DNA from: Azolla caroliniana
Taxonomy: Eukaryota; Plantae; Polypodiophyta
Direction: 5' to 3'
DNA: 64,000 nt
Assembly (NCBI GenBank): GCA_043228905.1
Contig: JBHGNT010000001.1
Location: 14,446,001 to 14,510,000 of the forward strand
The notes under the pieces are model-generated. The model made no database searches. It was not told the origin of the DNA and worked only from the letters and a program-made list of their open reading frames with translations. How positions within the stretch are numbered: position 1 is the stretch's first letter; each line of letters begins with the position of its first letter. A program made the position numbers and the translations under genes. Positions 36,877-49,214 of the stretch are shown here, in pieces.

Positions 36877-39800
36877 TTAAAGATGACGAGTGGAATGAGT
36901 TGGCGCTAATTGCGGACCGGGTTTGTCCGGATACTTTCGGTGGAAATCAGCAAGAAGATCTTGTGCATTGGCAACATGCTCGACGGGTTCCCAAGTACGT
37001 TCGCTCAGACTATAACCGAGCCAATCGACCAAGTAATAAAGTTTGTTGCGAACAAGTTTGGAATCGAGGATGGCTGCAACTTCATACTCCGGGCCGACGT
37101 CCAACTCCAGCGGGGGTGGCGGTGGTGTCACACGATCGGGAATGGTGTTTGCTTTATAAGGTTCAAGAAGAGAACAATGGAAAACCAGATGTATCTGAAG
37201 CTGCGGAGGGAGATCAAGGCGGAATGTGACATCATTAATCTTACCCGTAATACGGAAGGGACCGAGTCGTCGATAATCCAACTTGTCGCACGGTCGAGTA
37301 GTCTTGATGTGACGACGTAAGAGCCAAACTCGATCTCCGATGGCAAAAGAGGAGGGAATCCGATGACGATCCACATAAGTCTTCTGTGTGTGTTTAGCAT
37401 GACGAAGGTGAGTAGAGAGATCCATCTGGATCTTGCATAACCTCTCCAAATGATCCTCGGCACGAGGGTTGGTAGGTAGCTCTGGGGTGTCGATCACCGA
37501 CCAACGAGGATGGAAACCGGTATAAGCGAAAAATGGGGAGACCCGAGTCGAGGAGTGAATAACATTATTATACGCAAACTCCGCAAAGTGGAGAATCTCG
37601 GCCCAATCGTCCTGTTGATAACTCAGGAAACACCGGAGATATTGCTCCAGCGTTTGGTTTGTTCATTCCGCCTGCCCGTCGGTTTGAGGATGGTAGCCGG
37701 AGGAGAGATTGCAGGAGACCTTGAGCATCTTGAAGAGATTCTGCCAAAATTTGGAGACAAATTGCGGTCCTCAGTCACTGATGATACTGTCTGGGAGGCC
37801 ATGATGCCGAAATACCTCACGCATAACAAGGGCGACGGTTTCCTCGCTAGTGATGGCTTTAGTACACGGCACAAAATGTGCCATCTTCGTATATCGATCG
37901 ACGATGGTTAGGATAGCATCGAACCCCTTCGAGACCAGCAGATCTGTGATAAAATCAAGACAAATAGACTGCCACGGCTTACTTGGAATCGGTAAGGGTT
38001 CCAACAAGCCATATGGATGGTGTCGTGGCATCTTTGCTCGGCAACAAGCATCACAGGTCCGAACGTAGTCGTCGACAAAACGGTGCATGTGGGGCCACCA
38101 AAAAGATCGCTGCACTAGCTCCAACGTCTTAGTACTACCGAAATGTCCCGCCGTATGCGTGTCGTGACAATGCTGGACAATTTGAAGGCGACAGGAGCAA
38201 TCGGGGACATATACGCGCTTTTTAAAGAATAACAAACCATGATGATATTCGAATTGTCGGTAGTCAATACCTGGTTGTTGAGACCGAGAATAGGATCCCC
38301 GAGAAGTATCAATGTGCGCCAGGATGTCTTGAGCAAAACTATCCGTCTTCAAGGTTGCACGTATATCATCGGTAATCCGTGAATCCATCGGGGTGTGAAA
38401 AATCTGCGTCGTGTGCAATCGTGTTGGTCCCAAGATTACTTGCTTTTGATTATCAAATGTTGCATCACTAGGACGAGGTGCAAGATATGAACGCCATGAT
38501 AGTGCATCTGTTTTTCCTTGCTGCTTCCCTGGTCGATATGTGATTTTGAAGTCGAAACGCGTGAGGAATTGCGCCCACTGAGCTTGCCGTCGATTTAGTA
38601 CGTGAGCGTTCTGAAAATAAGCAAGATTTTTATGATCGCTAAAGACAATGACCTGATGTGGAGAGCCCTCTAAAAAATGCCGCCATTGTACAAGTGAATC
38701 CACAATGGCTAATAACTCCTTGTCATGTATTTCGTAGTTGATTTCTGCGACATCGAATTTGCGCGAATGGAAAGTCACCGGATGCAACTCTTCTTTATCT
38801 CTTGGTTGAGAAAGGATGCTACCGAGGGCGAAATCTGATGCGTCGGCCTTCATGATGAATGGTTTGCTTGTATCCACATGAGCTAGAATCGGTGCTGATG
38901 TAAAGGCTTTCTTAAGATGCCGAAAAGCCATATCTGCTTCTATGGACCAAAGAAATGCTTGGCCCTTCTTCGTAAGTTGTGTGAGAGGTAAAATAATCTT
39001 CGAGTAATCCTGTATAAACTTACGGTAGAAGTTAGCGAAACCTAGAAAACATTGTACATCTCGTACCGACCGTGGAATTTGCCACTCTAGTACAGTTTGG
39101 ATTTTAGCTGGATCCATGGCGATGCCCTTTGAGGAGATGACGTAGCCTAGAAATTCCACTTGCTTGCAGTCAAAGCTACATTTTTCTAGCTTGGCATAAA
39201 GACCATTCTCGCGGAGTCGCTTTAGTACTAATAGTACATGAGAATCGTGCTCTTCCTGGGTCTTCGAATAAATCAATAGATCATCCAGATAAATGATCAA
39301 ATAGATATCCAAGAGGTCTCTGAATATATCATTTGCCATGTGTTGGAAGACTGCGGGTGCATTGTTTAGGCCGAACGACATAACAGTATACTCGAAATGC
39401 CCATACCACGTGCGAAAGGCGGTCTTCCATTCATCTCCCGGTCAGATCCGCATGAGGTTATACGCTCCTCGTAGGTCGATTTTAGTAAAAAACTTGGCAC
39501 CATTAACTCACTCTAAAAGACTTGATATAAGAGGAAGTGCATACCTATTCCGGATGGTGACTTTATTCAATTCGCGGTAATCAATGACAAGACGAAGTGA
39601 GCCATCTTTCTTCTTGACAAAGAAGATGGGTGCACCGGCCGGAGATTTCGAATGACGGATGAACTCGCTTGCCAAGTTCTCCTCTATGTAGGCTCGAAGG
39701 ACTTCTAACTCGGTGGGTGACAAGTTGTAAATTGGTCCCCATGGTGGCTTGGTTCCTGGTTGTAAATCTATGGGACAGTCATAGGGACGGTGATGAGGAA

Positions 39801-40449
39801 GGGTACCGGCGTTTACCTTGTCAAATACATCGGCATAAGGATGATATTTTGCTGGAAGTTGTACTGAGGAGTCCTTCTTAATAGTGCTGGAAGGATGTAC
39901 TGATATTGCAAATAGGAACATTGCCTCCTTGGGTCCTTCTTCGCGTAGTTGATGAAGTGAAATGGTCGAAACTCGGTGAGTTGATTCTTGGGGTGGTCGA
40001 TATCAGACTTCTCTTGTTCTCCAATCTATGGCTGGATTATGTAATTCAAACCAAGGTAATCCTAGGACAATGGGATGCTCTGGACTACTAATTATATTAA
40101 ATGATATTACACACACAAAACTACCTAGGACAACTTGAATGGGTTCTGATTCTTCTACAATATTCCTGGAAGCAATGGGACGACCATCAATGACTACTAC
40201 AGCTGCGGGACAAGGTAGTTTTCTTAAGGATATTTGAGAAGCTTGGGCAAAATTTCGATCCATGAAACAAGAATTAGCTCCGGAATCTAAAAGTGCTAGG
40301 ACAGGTACTGGAGGAGTACTTTTAGTACTAACAGTGACTTGGGCTAGGAACACATTGCTAACTTGCTTGGAAGGAATGGAACCACTAATGGGCTGTACAG
40401 ATCTAGGGCTGCTGTCCAACCAAACGACTCCTATTTTGGCTGGACTCAA
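36877..40449 (-). pseudogene. Pol of chromovirus E (PR-RT-RH-INT-chromodomain), frameshifted
   Basis: ORFs 40003-40449, 39508-39921, 37771-39381 and 36877-37497 carry canonical motifs. Confidence 0.9.
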
Positions 40450-41603
40450 TCGTTTAACTCTTCATCTAATTGACTAAGGATTTCAAATTTATTTGAGATA
40501 CTTGGGCTATTAGTACTATGAATACTATCAAACACTCTATTAGTACTATTAATACTATCAGACACTCCTAAGGGAAGAATTGACTCGGGTTTAGTACAGG
40601 CTACAATTTGATTTACCTGTCTTCTTGGCCTATGGGGACAATTGATTGCGATATGCCCTGGTCCACCGCAATAAAGACATAATCGATTTGCACGTCGTCG
40701 TTGCTTTTCTTCTTCCGATAACGGGCTGCGTCGACGCATGGTATCGATCTCCATCGGTGTCGAAGTATTTGCTTGAGGTATGTCTCGTGCAAACGGTTTA
40801 GCCGCGACTGCGGCGTAAGTGGGCTCCGGCCTAGTGCGTGGTATCTGTAATTGACGTTCCGAACGCCGTTCGAAAAGGCGGTTGTCACATCGGACCACTC
40901 GACTGATTGCCTCCGTAAGAGACTTTGGTTCTTCGGGGAAAGTTAGAAGTAGATCTTTGACATTGTTTCGCAGGCCATAGCGAAACTGCTCCATTAGTGC
41001 TTGATCATCCCAGGGTATGTCTGAAGCGAGTAGGCGGAAATCCGCCGCGTAGGCAGAGGCTGGACGATCGCCTTGACGCAATCGCCGGATCTTGTTGATC
41101 GCCGTCCTGATGCTGTCGGTGTCTCCAAAGTAGGCTTTGAACTCATTAATAAAATCTTCAAAGTTATTAAGCAAGGGCGATTGTTTTTCTAGGAGCGGAG
41201 CGAACCATGCTAAGGCTGAGCCGCTAAGCAATGTGCCTATTAAGCCGGCTCGGGATGCATCAGTGGGGTATCGGGAAGGATGCATTTGGAGGACTAATCG
41301 TACCTGATTAAGGAATCCCCTGAATTGCGATCGCGTTCCATCAAATTTCACAGGAAGTCCAATCTTCGGCTCTTTATGAAATCCTTGGGGACTTGATCCT
41401 TGTTGTTGCAATGCCGCTTCGAGTTGTTGCACCCGTAATGCTAACTCCCCATACTGTTGCTGCGTTTGTTGCTTTTCTAGAGCGATTTGTTGCAGATCCC
41501 CTATCAGCCGTTGGTTTTCTTGTTCCAAGGCAACAAATTTTTCTTTTAAGCACTGTAGCTCGGAGAAAACGGATTGATATTCTTGGGCGTTAACAGTAGC
41601 CAT
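40446..41603 (-). CDS. gag: Intact Gag of chromovirus E (385 aa; coiled-coil N-terminus, capsid, CCHC knuckle)
   Basis: Uninterrupted ORF with KEPKIGLPVKFDG, LRQGDRPASAYAADFR, PMEID and CLYCGGPGHIAINC. Confidence 0.9.
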   Translation of the reverse strand: MATVNAQEYQSVFSELQCLKEKFVALEQENQRLIGDLQQIALEKQQTQQQYGELALRVQQLEAALQQQGSSPQGFHKEPKIGLPVKFDGTRSQFRGFLNQVRLVLQMHPSRYPTDASRAGLIGTLLSGSALAWFAPLLEKQSPLLNNFEDFINEFKAYFGDTDSIRTAINKIRRLRQGDRPASAYAADFRLLASDIPWDDQALMEQFRYGLRNNVKDLLLTFPEEPKSLTEAISRVVRCDNRLFERRSERQLQIPRTRPEPTYAAVAAKPFARDIPQANTSTPMEIDTMRRRSPLSEEEKQRRRANRLCLYCGGPGHIAINCPHRPRRQVNQIVACTKPESILPLGVSDSINSTNRVFDSIHSTNSPSISNKFEILSQLDEELND

Positions 41604-41628
41604 AGTATAGGGAAAAGGGTAGGAGGAA

Positions 41629-41640
41629 AAATTGGTTCAA
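41629..41640 (-). other. Non-tRNA primer-binding site (putative self-priming)
   Basis: TTGAACCAATTT lies 2 nt inside the 5' LTR and is complementary to AAATTGGTTCAA at 41873-41862, 33 nt downstream of the TATA. Confidence 0.75.
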
Positions 41641-44600
41641 ACTGTCAGGAGTAGTACTAAAGCAGAGATGGAATTAGTACTAAAGAAGAGCAGTACTATT
41701 AGTACTAAGAGGACGGGACTGCGTAAGATTCCCGAGAGAGGAAGTGAGAAGAGGAGAGAGAGAGAGATAGCGAGAAAAAGAGAGAGAGAAGGATGATGAC
41801 AACAACTCTTATATTATGTGAAAAGATAAGTACAAATCGGCTAAGAGCCTTAAGACTAGCGTTGAACCAATTTGGTTCAAAACAATGCCTTGTGCCTCCT
41901 TTTATAGTGTTTTTAGGAATAATCCTGAAGCTTCTAGAATGTTCCAGAGAGATCTGGAATATACATCAATTTTCTATGATAAAGCATAAATGAAAATAAT
42001 ATCCTACAAATTACAATTCATAGTCTAATGGTAAGAGCTCGACCCATATAGCATAAGGTCATGGGTTCGAGTCTTGCCATATCATGACAGTTACTATGAT
42101 TGGTCGCTCATAGCTCGGCTTCTTAAGTGCTTCAACCCTCCGTAGTGTTTTCTTGAGCTTCTTCATGGCTTTGGTGTGTTCCGGTTTCTATTCGAACTTC
42201 TTCCCCTTCCGCAATAAGTGATAGAGTGGGTCCGCAATATGTGCATAGTGCGGAATCCATATGTGATAAAATGCACAAGCTCCAAGAAACCTTCGGACTT
42301 TGGATTGTGACTCGCATACTTCTTTCATAGCTTGAATCACATCGATCTTCGTTGGTGACGGTCTTCGGTCGTAGGGCCCACATAGATGTCCGACCACCAA
42401 TATCTCTTCTTGCCCGAATGCCGATTTCTCCCCGGAAAGTGTTAGGTGCACATCTTCTAACTTTCGAAGCACTTTCTCGCAATCACGAATATGGTCGACT
42501 ACGAACTTTCGGCATCTCCGATCATCCATAGTTTCATCTTTTTCTTCTACCGCGCATCCTTTCATCGGAATGTCATCTAGGAACGGCATCGTTATCTCCG
42601 GAATGCAATCTCGAAGCACCTTGTTCATCACGTTCATCATATGTGCAACCGAGTTTGTCGCTCCTTGTGGTAGTGTGCACATTCGGACTAATCCTATCGG
42701 TGTCCGCATGGTAGTGATGTCTCGGCTCTCCACGGCTAGTTGGAATTGGTCATACCCCGAAAACAGGTCTCCAATGGAGTATATCGCACGACCGGCAAAT
42801 GCTTCCGCAAATTCGTCCACTATCGGACTGACTCCAGAGTTCCGGATCGTGACCTTGTTCACCGGTTGCAAGTCTTGGATAAATTGGAGTGACCCATTCT
42901 TCTTCGGAACCGTAAACCATCGATTTGAGTACGGAGCGTTTGATGGCTCTAGAATCCCCATCGCCACCTTCTCCTTGAGCAAGTCGATGATTTTGGGAAT
43001 ATGCGCCCGCGGCACCGGAATCGGCTTTAGGTTCCATGGCACATGGTCAATCGTGAAGATCACAATCAGCTCCACTATCTTCGGATCAATGCACCCTATC
43101 TCCTTCGATGTGAATGCAAATGCTTTCCCATGTTGTTCCAACATCCCATGAAATCGTTCTTCTTCATTTTGTAAAAGGAAACCACCTCCACCGATCCGAA
43201 GTTTCTTCCGGGTCTCATCCGTGAAGGCATGTCCGATATCCACGGACTTCCGAAGTGTCAGATCTCCCGAGACTTCTTTCCTCTTTTGCTTGCCATCGGC
43301 GGGTAATGGTCCCGCGGCCGGTTTCACTTTCTTCTCCACGGTCTTGTATTTCGTACTTACCATTGCTTCTTCTTTGCGGAGCGCATCCGGCCCCATTTTC
43401 GCAATGATCTCGTACATCTCGACCGATTCCACCCGGACTACCCGGTCTCCTTGGCTTGTATCCTCCACAAGCTCTTCAAGCCGTTGTAGTGTGCTCCCAA
43501 AGAACACTTCTTCGACTACCACCACGATTTCTTTGTCTTCTTTTATTATTGATGCCGACCGCAACTTATCCTCTACTTTTCGGTATTCTTTCTTCTTTCC
43601 TCCGGTTACAGCTGTGTACGTAGATGCCCCATCCGGACCGATTCGTACTTGTTTTGCTCCGATAGTTTTCTTCTTGTGTGGGGTATCAGGGCTTCTCGGA
43701 CTATCACTTCCCCACTCCGCAAAAGTCCGCTCTAAAAATCCATCCTTGTTTGGGACAAGAGCTCTCTCTTGTTCCTTTCATGATTTGCCGACACAGTTAG
43801 GAATTGGACGGATTTCCCTCCGCTTTGGCTCTGAATTCATGCGAAAGCCACACCGCTATCGAGCACCTTTGTCTCCATCCGTGAACCCGTGATAAAGGGT
43901 TGCCCAAGTATCACGGAATGTGAGACCTCGTCTTGTACGAAGAAATTTTGGTCGATCTCGACATCCCCGATCTTCACCGTCACATCCGAACAAGCTGTAA
44001 ATAGATCTTCCATTGCTTTAGTGGCTGCGCCCTGATCTTCCATCCATGGTTAGTGTTTATAGGCCACTTCCCCTTCTGGTAGAACTCCTTGGACATCAAA
44101 TTGATCTCCGATCCGTGATCAATCAATGCTAGCACGGGCTCTTTGATGTTGCCGATTCAGACCAGAGTCTCTATAGTTGCACGTGCCCAGTGTGGCCTTG
44201 TGTAGTGGTTGTTCGCAATTTCGTCCTCCACTTTGGTGTCATTCATTAAAACCATGTTCGCATTTACCCTTGGAGCGTTCTCCTCCGTACTTTGTCTTTT
44301 TCTCTTCACGAGATCCACAAGAAGATCATGGAACTCCTTCTTCGCTATTCCGAGTAATTCCCGAAGCGAAAATTCCACCCGGTTATCGAGGACTCTCTCC
44401 TCGAACAATTTTTTCAAGTCCGTTTGTTGTTCGATGTCCGAGGCGAGTTTGAATGCCGGAATCGTCTTTTCTTTCCCCTTCCCTCCAGAGTTCCAGCTTT
44501 CTGGTGTCTTTGATGGTCCGGCTGCATCATCCATGTGCCGTTGTTTCTCGTCTACATACACCTCATGCAATTGGCATAGGGCGTGTACACTATTCTTATC

Positions 44601-45794
44601 AACGGGACACTCCCATCCCATAGCTTCTCGGATGCCTTCCGCAATGCTTCGGATATCATTGGAATCAATTTTCTTCGAAATTTCTAGCACTTCCGGCCAA
44701 AAAGGCGCCTTTGCTGCAGACGACTCCCCCACACGTATTCTTGCGGTTGTAGCATAATTGTTTTTCGTCGCGATCTCCTCCTCTAGGACCTTCTTCATGC
44801 CGCCTTTTCGGAAGTTCGGTTGGAGTGGCATCCGAGAGTCCATCGAATGAATCTGATTTCCCTCGTAGTAGATAAGATCTCGTCGTAACGCCTCCTTGTG
44901 CTCGTCGCAATCCCTCTGATCATGTTTGGTGCTATCACACCATATATACCGATGGTCCATATACTTGGAACTTGTGGGACGGTCATCCGCCTTCTTCACC
45001 ATCGCAATTTTTAGATTCTCCATCTCCTTCAGCAACTGCTCCACTATGGTTGCGTCGATTCCCTTCTCGGTCGTAGTCTCCCGAGCCCGCGGTTGATAGT
45101 CTTCCAATCCGGATCTCGGTTTCGGAATCAGTTCCGAAACCCTCTTTTCTTCATTAGCAAGCCATTGCCCCCTCTTTGTGTATCGTGTGACGATATCTCG
45201 CATGTTATCCCATGTATTGGTGAGGCCACTCTCGGTGTTCATGTCCTCCAGAAGCACTCCAAGGTCTTTCCGGTCTCGGACATTCACGGCTCGTAGGAAC
45301 ATGATCACTTTGTCCGGTGTGAGGATAGCTTGATCTCTCGCGGACAACCTCCTGAACTGACTTTCGAATGCCGAAAACACATCGAGAACCTTCATCCCTT
45401 TGTCCGGTGTTTCCACCCAATCTTCGAATCCTAAATCCTCGTTGCCTTGGAGGAATCCTCGATGGCAAACGTGGTCTTTAGGGCCTCTTCAAATGCTTCC
45501 CATGTCGGATTCTGTTGTCGTATCCCGTGGATACTCCCTTCAAGACCGTCGGTCGCCACCCGGTTGAAGGATGTCACTTGTAATCCTTCCGAAATTCCGC
45601 ACCGTAGCATTTCCGCTTTGTAATCTCGCAAATACCGCGACACATCTTTCCCATTGAATTGCCCGTTCCGTTGCACGAGCCGCTCTACTGCCACCGCAAT
45701 CTCCGACATCGCACGTTGTTCTTGTAGCATCCGATCAAACATCGCCATCATGTTGTTAGCCCCCACTTGATTTTCCATCTCCTTGCCACCCGGT

Positions 45795-45812
45795 TTCACG
45801 TCGGGTTCACCA
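45795..45812 (-). other. PBS complementary to tRNA-Trp
   Basis: TGGTGAACCCGACGTGAA matches the recalled 3' end of plant tRNA-Trp(CCA), ...TTCACGTCGGGTTCA-CCA. Confidence 0.8.
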
Positions 45813-46295
45813 CTTATGTCGTGCCTTTCGGCACCGGATCGTTTGCGTGAGTTGGGTGGGAACCGCTAGGGTTTTGGACTAGGAGAAAGAAGAATATGAG
45901 ATAATGTTAGTTAGGAAGAGATTGCAAGAAGAAGATATGAAACTCGTGAATCCCACAAGTATAGTGTATTAATTGATACTTAGATTGTAAGATAGAAATA
46001 GATGGCAAAATCGTGAATCCCACGATTATTTTATATTATTCAAACCTTATAAAAATCAACAACACCTATACATCTTTCTCTCTTCCTTATATAGTGTTGG
46101 AAGAGTCTAAGTTTATCACATGCAAGCATCATGCTTTTCCTAATTTTAGTTTTGATGCACACTGCATGTGCATGATTAGCTTTCTATCCCATCTTTTCTT
46201 TTAACTCGAGTGTGTATGCATGAATAACTTTTTGTACCATGCATATCTAGAATATTTACATGGGATAAAGTTTAGTATAACTTTAAAATTCATAA

Positions 46296-46366
46296 TATGC
46301 TAGTATAGTGGTAAGGCTTAAATATCCTTAACATGGAGGTATAGGGTTCAAATCTTGCCCTATGCA
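46296..46366 (+). promoter_or_regulatory. tRNA-like A/B-box module in the family D 5' LTR
   Basis: TAGTATAGTGGTAAG (46301) and GGTTCAAATCT (46345). Confidence 0.7.
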
Positions 46367-48253
46367 TGTAACAATCTTTTCTTCTATTTACAAATTTGTC
46401 TCTTCATCCAGTGAGAGACTCTCACTGGCCTTCTTTATTCGGCTCTTGCTGGTTCTGCTTGATCCGGTTCTTACCGGGTCTCCTTACGGCTCCTCCTTGC
46501 CGATTCCATCCTTCATCCGGTTCTCACCGGGTCTTCCTTACCGATTCCTCCTTTCGGTTCTCACCGGGTACTCCATGTCCTATCCGGAGAGACCAAAAAT
46601 GTAATTTTTCACGTAGTGTGCGAATTACACTACGACAACGGCATTGCATCCTCAACTTGTTATACAAGTTCGGTATGGTTGACTGCAAATCAGCGGCAAC
46701 CCTGCTTGATTGCAATCTCAAACTAGATGCGAACTCTGGCACCGAAGCATGTGAGACGACTCAGTATCGGCAATGCATCAGGAGTCTCATCTACCTCACG
46801 ATCACTCGACCCAATCTTAGTTATCTGGTCGGTCTCCTTAGCCAATTCATGCAAACACTGCGTGATACTCACTTGGATTGCGCTAAGCGAGTTCTACAAT
46901 ACGTAAGCGGCACAATGGATTGCGGCATCCTCTACAAGACCGCGATGCCAATACGACTCAAGGGGTACACAGGCGCCGATTGGGCCGGCTACAAGGCTGA
47001 TAGAAGATCAACCTCCAGATTTGTTTTTTCCCTCAGCAGCGGAGCAATATCCTGGAGTAGCAAAAAGCAACCAACCGTCGCTCTTTTGAGCACAGAGGCG
47101 GAATAAAGGAGCGCGGTAGTGGCTGCATGTGAAGCTGTATGGTTCAAAAGGATACTCAAGGGTCTGGGCGTGCCCGTCAAGGATCCGACTTCCCTTTACT
47201 ACGACAACATGAGCAGTATCTATCTGGCTCGGAACCCGGTGTTTCATGCGCAGACAAAGCACATCGAACTGCACTATCACTTCATCTGAGAGCGCGTTCT
47301 AGCTGGCGATGTCGACCTACAACACATTAGCACAAATCTTCAAACGGCCAACATCTTCACTAAAGCCTTAGGAGCCGACAAGCTATGGAAATTCATGACC
47401 GATCTCGGATTGACAATCCCTGACCTACCAAGCTTGAGGGGGAGTACTGAAGACACTAGGCAATAACGCGTGGATTCCGCAACCACGCAACGAAGCCGCG
47501 AAGAGCCGATCTATCGTGCAAAGCCGCGAAGAAAGACGCAAGCCGAAGCACAGACTTCGCAACTACGCACAATGCAAGTTGGAGCACGGATTCCGCAACT
47601 CCGCATAAATGCGAGTTGACGCGGACTCCGGAACGCGAGTCAAAGCAGATTTCGAATACCGTCTAAAACCGACCCGACTTGAGCTTGAGGGGGCGTGTTG
47701 AGAATCAAGCTCAACTTGGTCTAGTGTGTGAACTCACCTTGAGAGTGAATAGACACTCCAACGGTCAAGAGTCACCATTATGTCACCACTTTGTATTCTA
47801 GCATTTAGTATGAGTCATAGAATCATATTCTATGACACATAACTTATGAGCTTTCACATTCCCCATGCTCCATGAGTCTTGTTGTTAATGAAGAGAGAGG
47901 GTGACTATATAAAGCACCCTCCTCCCACCTTGTACAATGTTGAGTCTTTCTCCTTTGTTAATGTACTTTACTTTGCGTATTCTCTGTGTCTTACTCCTTG
48001 TCTCTCTCACTCTCACTCTCACTCTCTCTCTCTCTCATACAAACACACAGTTCATATCTATTCCGCTGCACAGAATCCATCTCGTGATTCTTTATAGTTT
48101 CTTTTGTTGGTTTTGTCTTCTTGATGGATGGCGATCGATCAACGTGTAGTTGGCCTTGTTCCAAACAACAATCAAGAAAGGAACTTCGGTAATCTTTCTT
48201 GTTTTTTCTATTCTTTCTTCTCCCAATTTAATCATATGTATGGTTAATATGTA

Positions 48254-48256
<3 letters not shown>

Positions 48257-48288
<32 letters not shown>
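48257..48288. repeat. (TA)n microsatellite
   Basis: Direct reading. Confidence 0.9.
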
Positions 48289-48294
<6 letters not shown>

Positions 48295-49214
48295 GATGTT
48301 GAAGTGGTAATTAATTGGTTGTATAAAACGTTTACATATGTGTATGAGGTCAATACCTCGATTTCATTGTAAATGATATGTGTTTTGTGTCGGATGTGTA
48401 TGAGGTCAATACCTCAATTGCGTATTACGATTAACCCTTATTTTTGGATGTTTCGTGTGCGTAGAGGCTACATGCCTCGATTACGTGTCTTGATTTCATC
48501 ATATGTTGGCTATTTGATGTTATGATTTTTTTTAATATACGCATATGTGGTCACATGTATACGTATTTGATCGTATATATGTGATAAATAAACATATGTG
48601 TATATTTGATATTACATGATCTTTATATCGAATGTTTTCCTTTTCAGGGAAGGGATCTTGGTGATCGTCCTCACATTTTTGTGAGAATGGCGTTGTCACC
48701 ATCCCTTTTTCAACAATTTTTTGTTGACATCCCCGTTGGTCACTTCGATATTTCGTTACATAATGAAACAATCATAGCCAAAATGGTGTTGAGTACATAG
48801 GGCTTAACCCACTTCATGTGAGGTCGCTCCTATGACACACATATCCAACATCCCTCCCTCATTACATGGATACGATGCCACCCTGAGATCATTCTTACGA
48901 AAGGCATTTGTAATGACGTAACCATGTGATGCGCCATGTGGGCCTACTACGAAAAGAGGGCTCATTTGGCTTGACCATTAGGTTGCACTTTGGCGTATGC
49001 CATCGTAATTACGAGACTTGAGGTTAGGTAACGTACCAACATATTTTGTAGTAAACGAGGGGGAAATAAGGACTCTTGACATATATGTTTCTTTTAAAAA
49101 AACATATATGGGCAAATGCCTCGCATATCTCTTATACGCATGAAACATTAAACATTCAAGAAGAGTAACCTACTTGGTTGGCTCAAGTGTTTAATGCATT
49201 TGTTCTTGAGGTCT

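Larger units (their letters stand above)
36417..42089 (-). mobile_element. Full-length Tcn1-like chromovirus (family E, 5.67 kb) nested in gypsy D
   Basis: Perfect 5-bp TSD GTTAC; LTRs 36417-36865 and 41643-42089; PPT 36866-36876; gag, PR (LLDSGANSCF), RT (YLDDLL), RH, INT and chromodomain; pol has a few frameshifts. Confidence 0.96.
33856..46637 (-). mobile_element. Ty3/gypsy element (family D, no chromodomain seen) nested in copia C RT
   Basis: 4-bp TSD ACGG (33852-33855 and 46638-46641); 5' LTR 45817-46637; 3' LTR 33856 to about 34525; gag 44157-45799; PR about 43837-44150; RT 42188-43564 (FLDDIP); RH; INT 34887-35738. Confidence 0.92.
29862..48096 (+). mobile_element. Ty1/copia element (family C), split by nested gypsy D
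   Basis: 401-bp LTRs at 29862-30262 and 47696-48096; PBS tggtatcagagc 30263-30274; gag 30471-31202; PR WFVDSGASNH; INT; RT interrupted at 33855 and resuming at 46638; RH to about 47440; PPT 47685-47695. No matching TSD (gtctt vs gtttc). Confidence 0.92.

Noticed and set aside
42570-44757. Long plus-strand ORFs antisense to gypsy D pol and gag
   Set aside because: Shadow ORFs on the opposite strand of coding sequence with no independent motifs.
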